Shown: positions 61,952 through 64,000 of the stretch, piece after piece
How positions within the stretch are numbered: the stretch's first letter is position 1
Layout of the letters: each line of letters starts with the position of its first letter
From: Paraspadella gotoi
Taxonomy: Eukaryota > Animalia > Chaetognatha
Assembly: GCA_051294375.1 (NCBI GenBank)
Contig: CM119270.1
Span: 19,223,572-19,287,571 of the forward strand
DNA: 64,000 nucleotides
Direction: 5' to 3'
Notes under the pieces: generated by a model
What the model was told of the DNA's origin: nothing
The model's database searches: none
The model's input: the letters and a program-made list of their open reading frames with translations, nothing else
Position numbers and translations under genes: made by a program

Positions 61952-63294
61952 AGAGAAAAGAAGCTGGACAGACGCTGCAGAGCCGGAACTGTTTTAGAGA
62001 AGCATGACGGAGAAAAAGAGAGAGAGGAGAGAGAGCGACATATAATTTAAAAGTTTTGTTTTGTAAATAAAACATAACAAATCAAATATTGATATGAAAC
62101 ATGAGAAATTTTAAAACAGATCTTGATGATTAGAACCATATATGAATAATTACAACTCCCTATGAGAATATACATTTTCTTTCAGAAGCCATGATTGCAA
62201 AAAGCGAGCGAGGACAGCTTCCGAAAAAAATCTAGACAGACGGGCTTATGCCGCCTGCTCGATAATAGAGGATATTTGTTTTTTGATAAAATGTAAACAA
62301 ACATTTAACTAACTGTCCTGACCTGCAATTTTAAGGACATCGGATGATGTAAAGCTGAATAATAAATTATAATTATCTATTAATTAATTAATTATACTAT
62401 TTAATACATTAACTTAATCTATTATTATTAATTATCAATTAATATTAATTATCGTAGGCAGATCCGACATTGTTGCGCTCAAACCTTGTTTCTTTTTTTG
62501 TTTCTTATCTTTTTTTCTCCTCTTGTTTTTTTTTCCATCTCTCTGTTCTCTCTTTTGTTTTCCTTTCCTTCATTTGCATTTATAAAAAAAAATCCTCTTC
62601 TCCGTTTCTTACCCTAATTATCATATTATAATATTTTTTATCTTTCTTATTCATTTCCTTTTTTTTTCATTCCCGTTTTTTTCTTATCTGTTGCTCTTTT
62701 CATTTTTTTTTCTTTTCCCACGTGAATTACGTGATCAATGTTGTTTTTAAAAGTTCCTCTGTTTTTAAACGTTTCTGTTAATTAGAATGTTTTTTGTTCC
62801 AAAGTCAAGAAAGTTTAAATAAAATGAATTGATACAAAATCAGAAAAAGCTAAGTTTTTGTCACTAAAGTTTGTTATCCTAATCAAAATAATACAAGAAA
62901 ATATCTATAAAAAAACCAAGAAACATAACTAATGTAAAAGTAAGACATTAAAAACAGAAACAAAGAAAGTGAAAAAAAAACAAAAAAAACAAAACAAAAT
63001 CACATTAACCAGGACGAAACGAACGAAAGAAGAAATGAGGTCAAAAAGGAAATCGCGGTTAATTGATTCCGATATCGAATTAGGATTTTGACCGCGAGGG
63101 GGAATTAACGATCGTGAGGACGTCACGTGATCTTGACGTCATCATAATTAGTCAATGTTGCATACGAATTAGTCAATATCTAAAATTATTAAAATCATTA
63201 GTAAATTATTTAGATTATGTAGTCAACCGAGTGTGAACTTTATGTGTGCAAAGAAGTATTTGTCTCTCTCGCTCCATTTCTGTCGTTTGTTTTT

Positions 63295-63295
63295 T

Positions 63296-63390
<95 letters not shown>

Positions 63391-63404
63391 CTCTCTCTCT
63401 CTCT
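63295..63404. repeat. (TTTC)n / (TC)n microsatellite
   Basis: Directly visible; one of many GA/TC and TCG microsatellites in the window. Confidence 0.95.
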
Positions 63405-63524
63405 GTCACGTGACCCGGTCGGTTGGGAGCCTTTAATTCGGGGGCAAATTGACTTTTTCCTCGGATCTCAACTCCTGACTTCGTCGCCTTTTCGGATCCA
63501 GACCCAATTTTAACGCCTCTTTTC

Positions 63525-63790
63525 ATTATCCCTTTTTGGAAAGGGATCCATTTTGGATGGGGGATTCATTATCCCTTTTTGGAAAAGGATCCATTTTTGG
63601 AAGGAGATTCATCTTCCATTTTGGAAGGGGGATTCATTATCCATTTTGAAAAAAGGATTCGTTTTCCCTTTTAAAAAGGATTCATAATCTCTTTTTGATG
63701 GGGATCTATTTTTGGAAAGAGATCCATTTTTGGAAAGAGATCCATTTTTGGAAAGAGATCCATTTTGGGAAAGAGATCCATTTTGGGATT
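63525..63790. repeat. Degenerate 17-21 bp minisatellite (GATCCATTTTTGGAAAGA)
   Basis: Directly visible; the 18-bp unit is best conserved at 63703-63785. Confidence 0.85.
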
Positions 63791-64000
63791 AGGATTAATT
63801 ATCTCCTCTTGTAAAATAAGTTTCCATTTTAGGCAGGATGAGAGTAAATATATTTTTTACTGGAGAACTTGGGTATTTGATTATCCGATATTCATTTGTC
63901 TGTGTCAGTCTCTCATATATCCCATCCAAAGTAATTTTTTTAATAATTGATATCAACGGAGGAACTGGATTGACAAGCTGCTTGTCTCGTTTGACTTTTC

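Noticed and set aside
63215-63275. LINE motif-like RERQILLCTHKVHTRLT on the minus strand
   Set aside because: Too short, and next to a microsatellite, to support a call.

Overview
Eukaryotic (probably invertebrate) genomic DNA: AT-rich, rich in microsatellites, with N-gaps and many indels typical of unpolished long reads. All protein calls below are motif recognition by eye, not database searches. Bases 1-34,010 are a cluster of Polinton/Maverick (adintovirus-like) endogenous virus sequence. It holds the capsid C-terminus and protease N-terminus at 50-479, two truncated N-terminal pPolB-like genes, and diverged inverted termini at 6100-6850 and 33060-34010. Each terminus carries a 21-bp CRE/ETS tandem array and perfect hairpins. 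The viral genes contain spliceosomal introns and form an unusual accessory set: many PC4-like ssDNA-binding domain genes (one fused to a RING finger and a KRRL cyclin-docking motif), three paralogous Thr-rich mucin-like surface proteins, and a membrane protein with four YxN motifs plus a PPPPR motif. A Tc1/mariner element at 9902-14744 splits one PC4-like gene and contains two Penelope-type hammerhead ribozyme remnants. The right half is host DNA: a 2OG-oxygenase-like exon, MITEs with target-site duplications, a phased CCAAT cluster, probable false duplications, and a 3.7-kb T-to-GT corrupted read copy.
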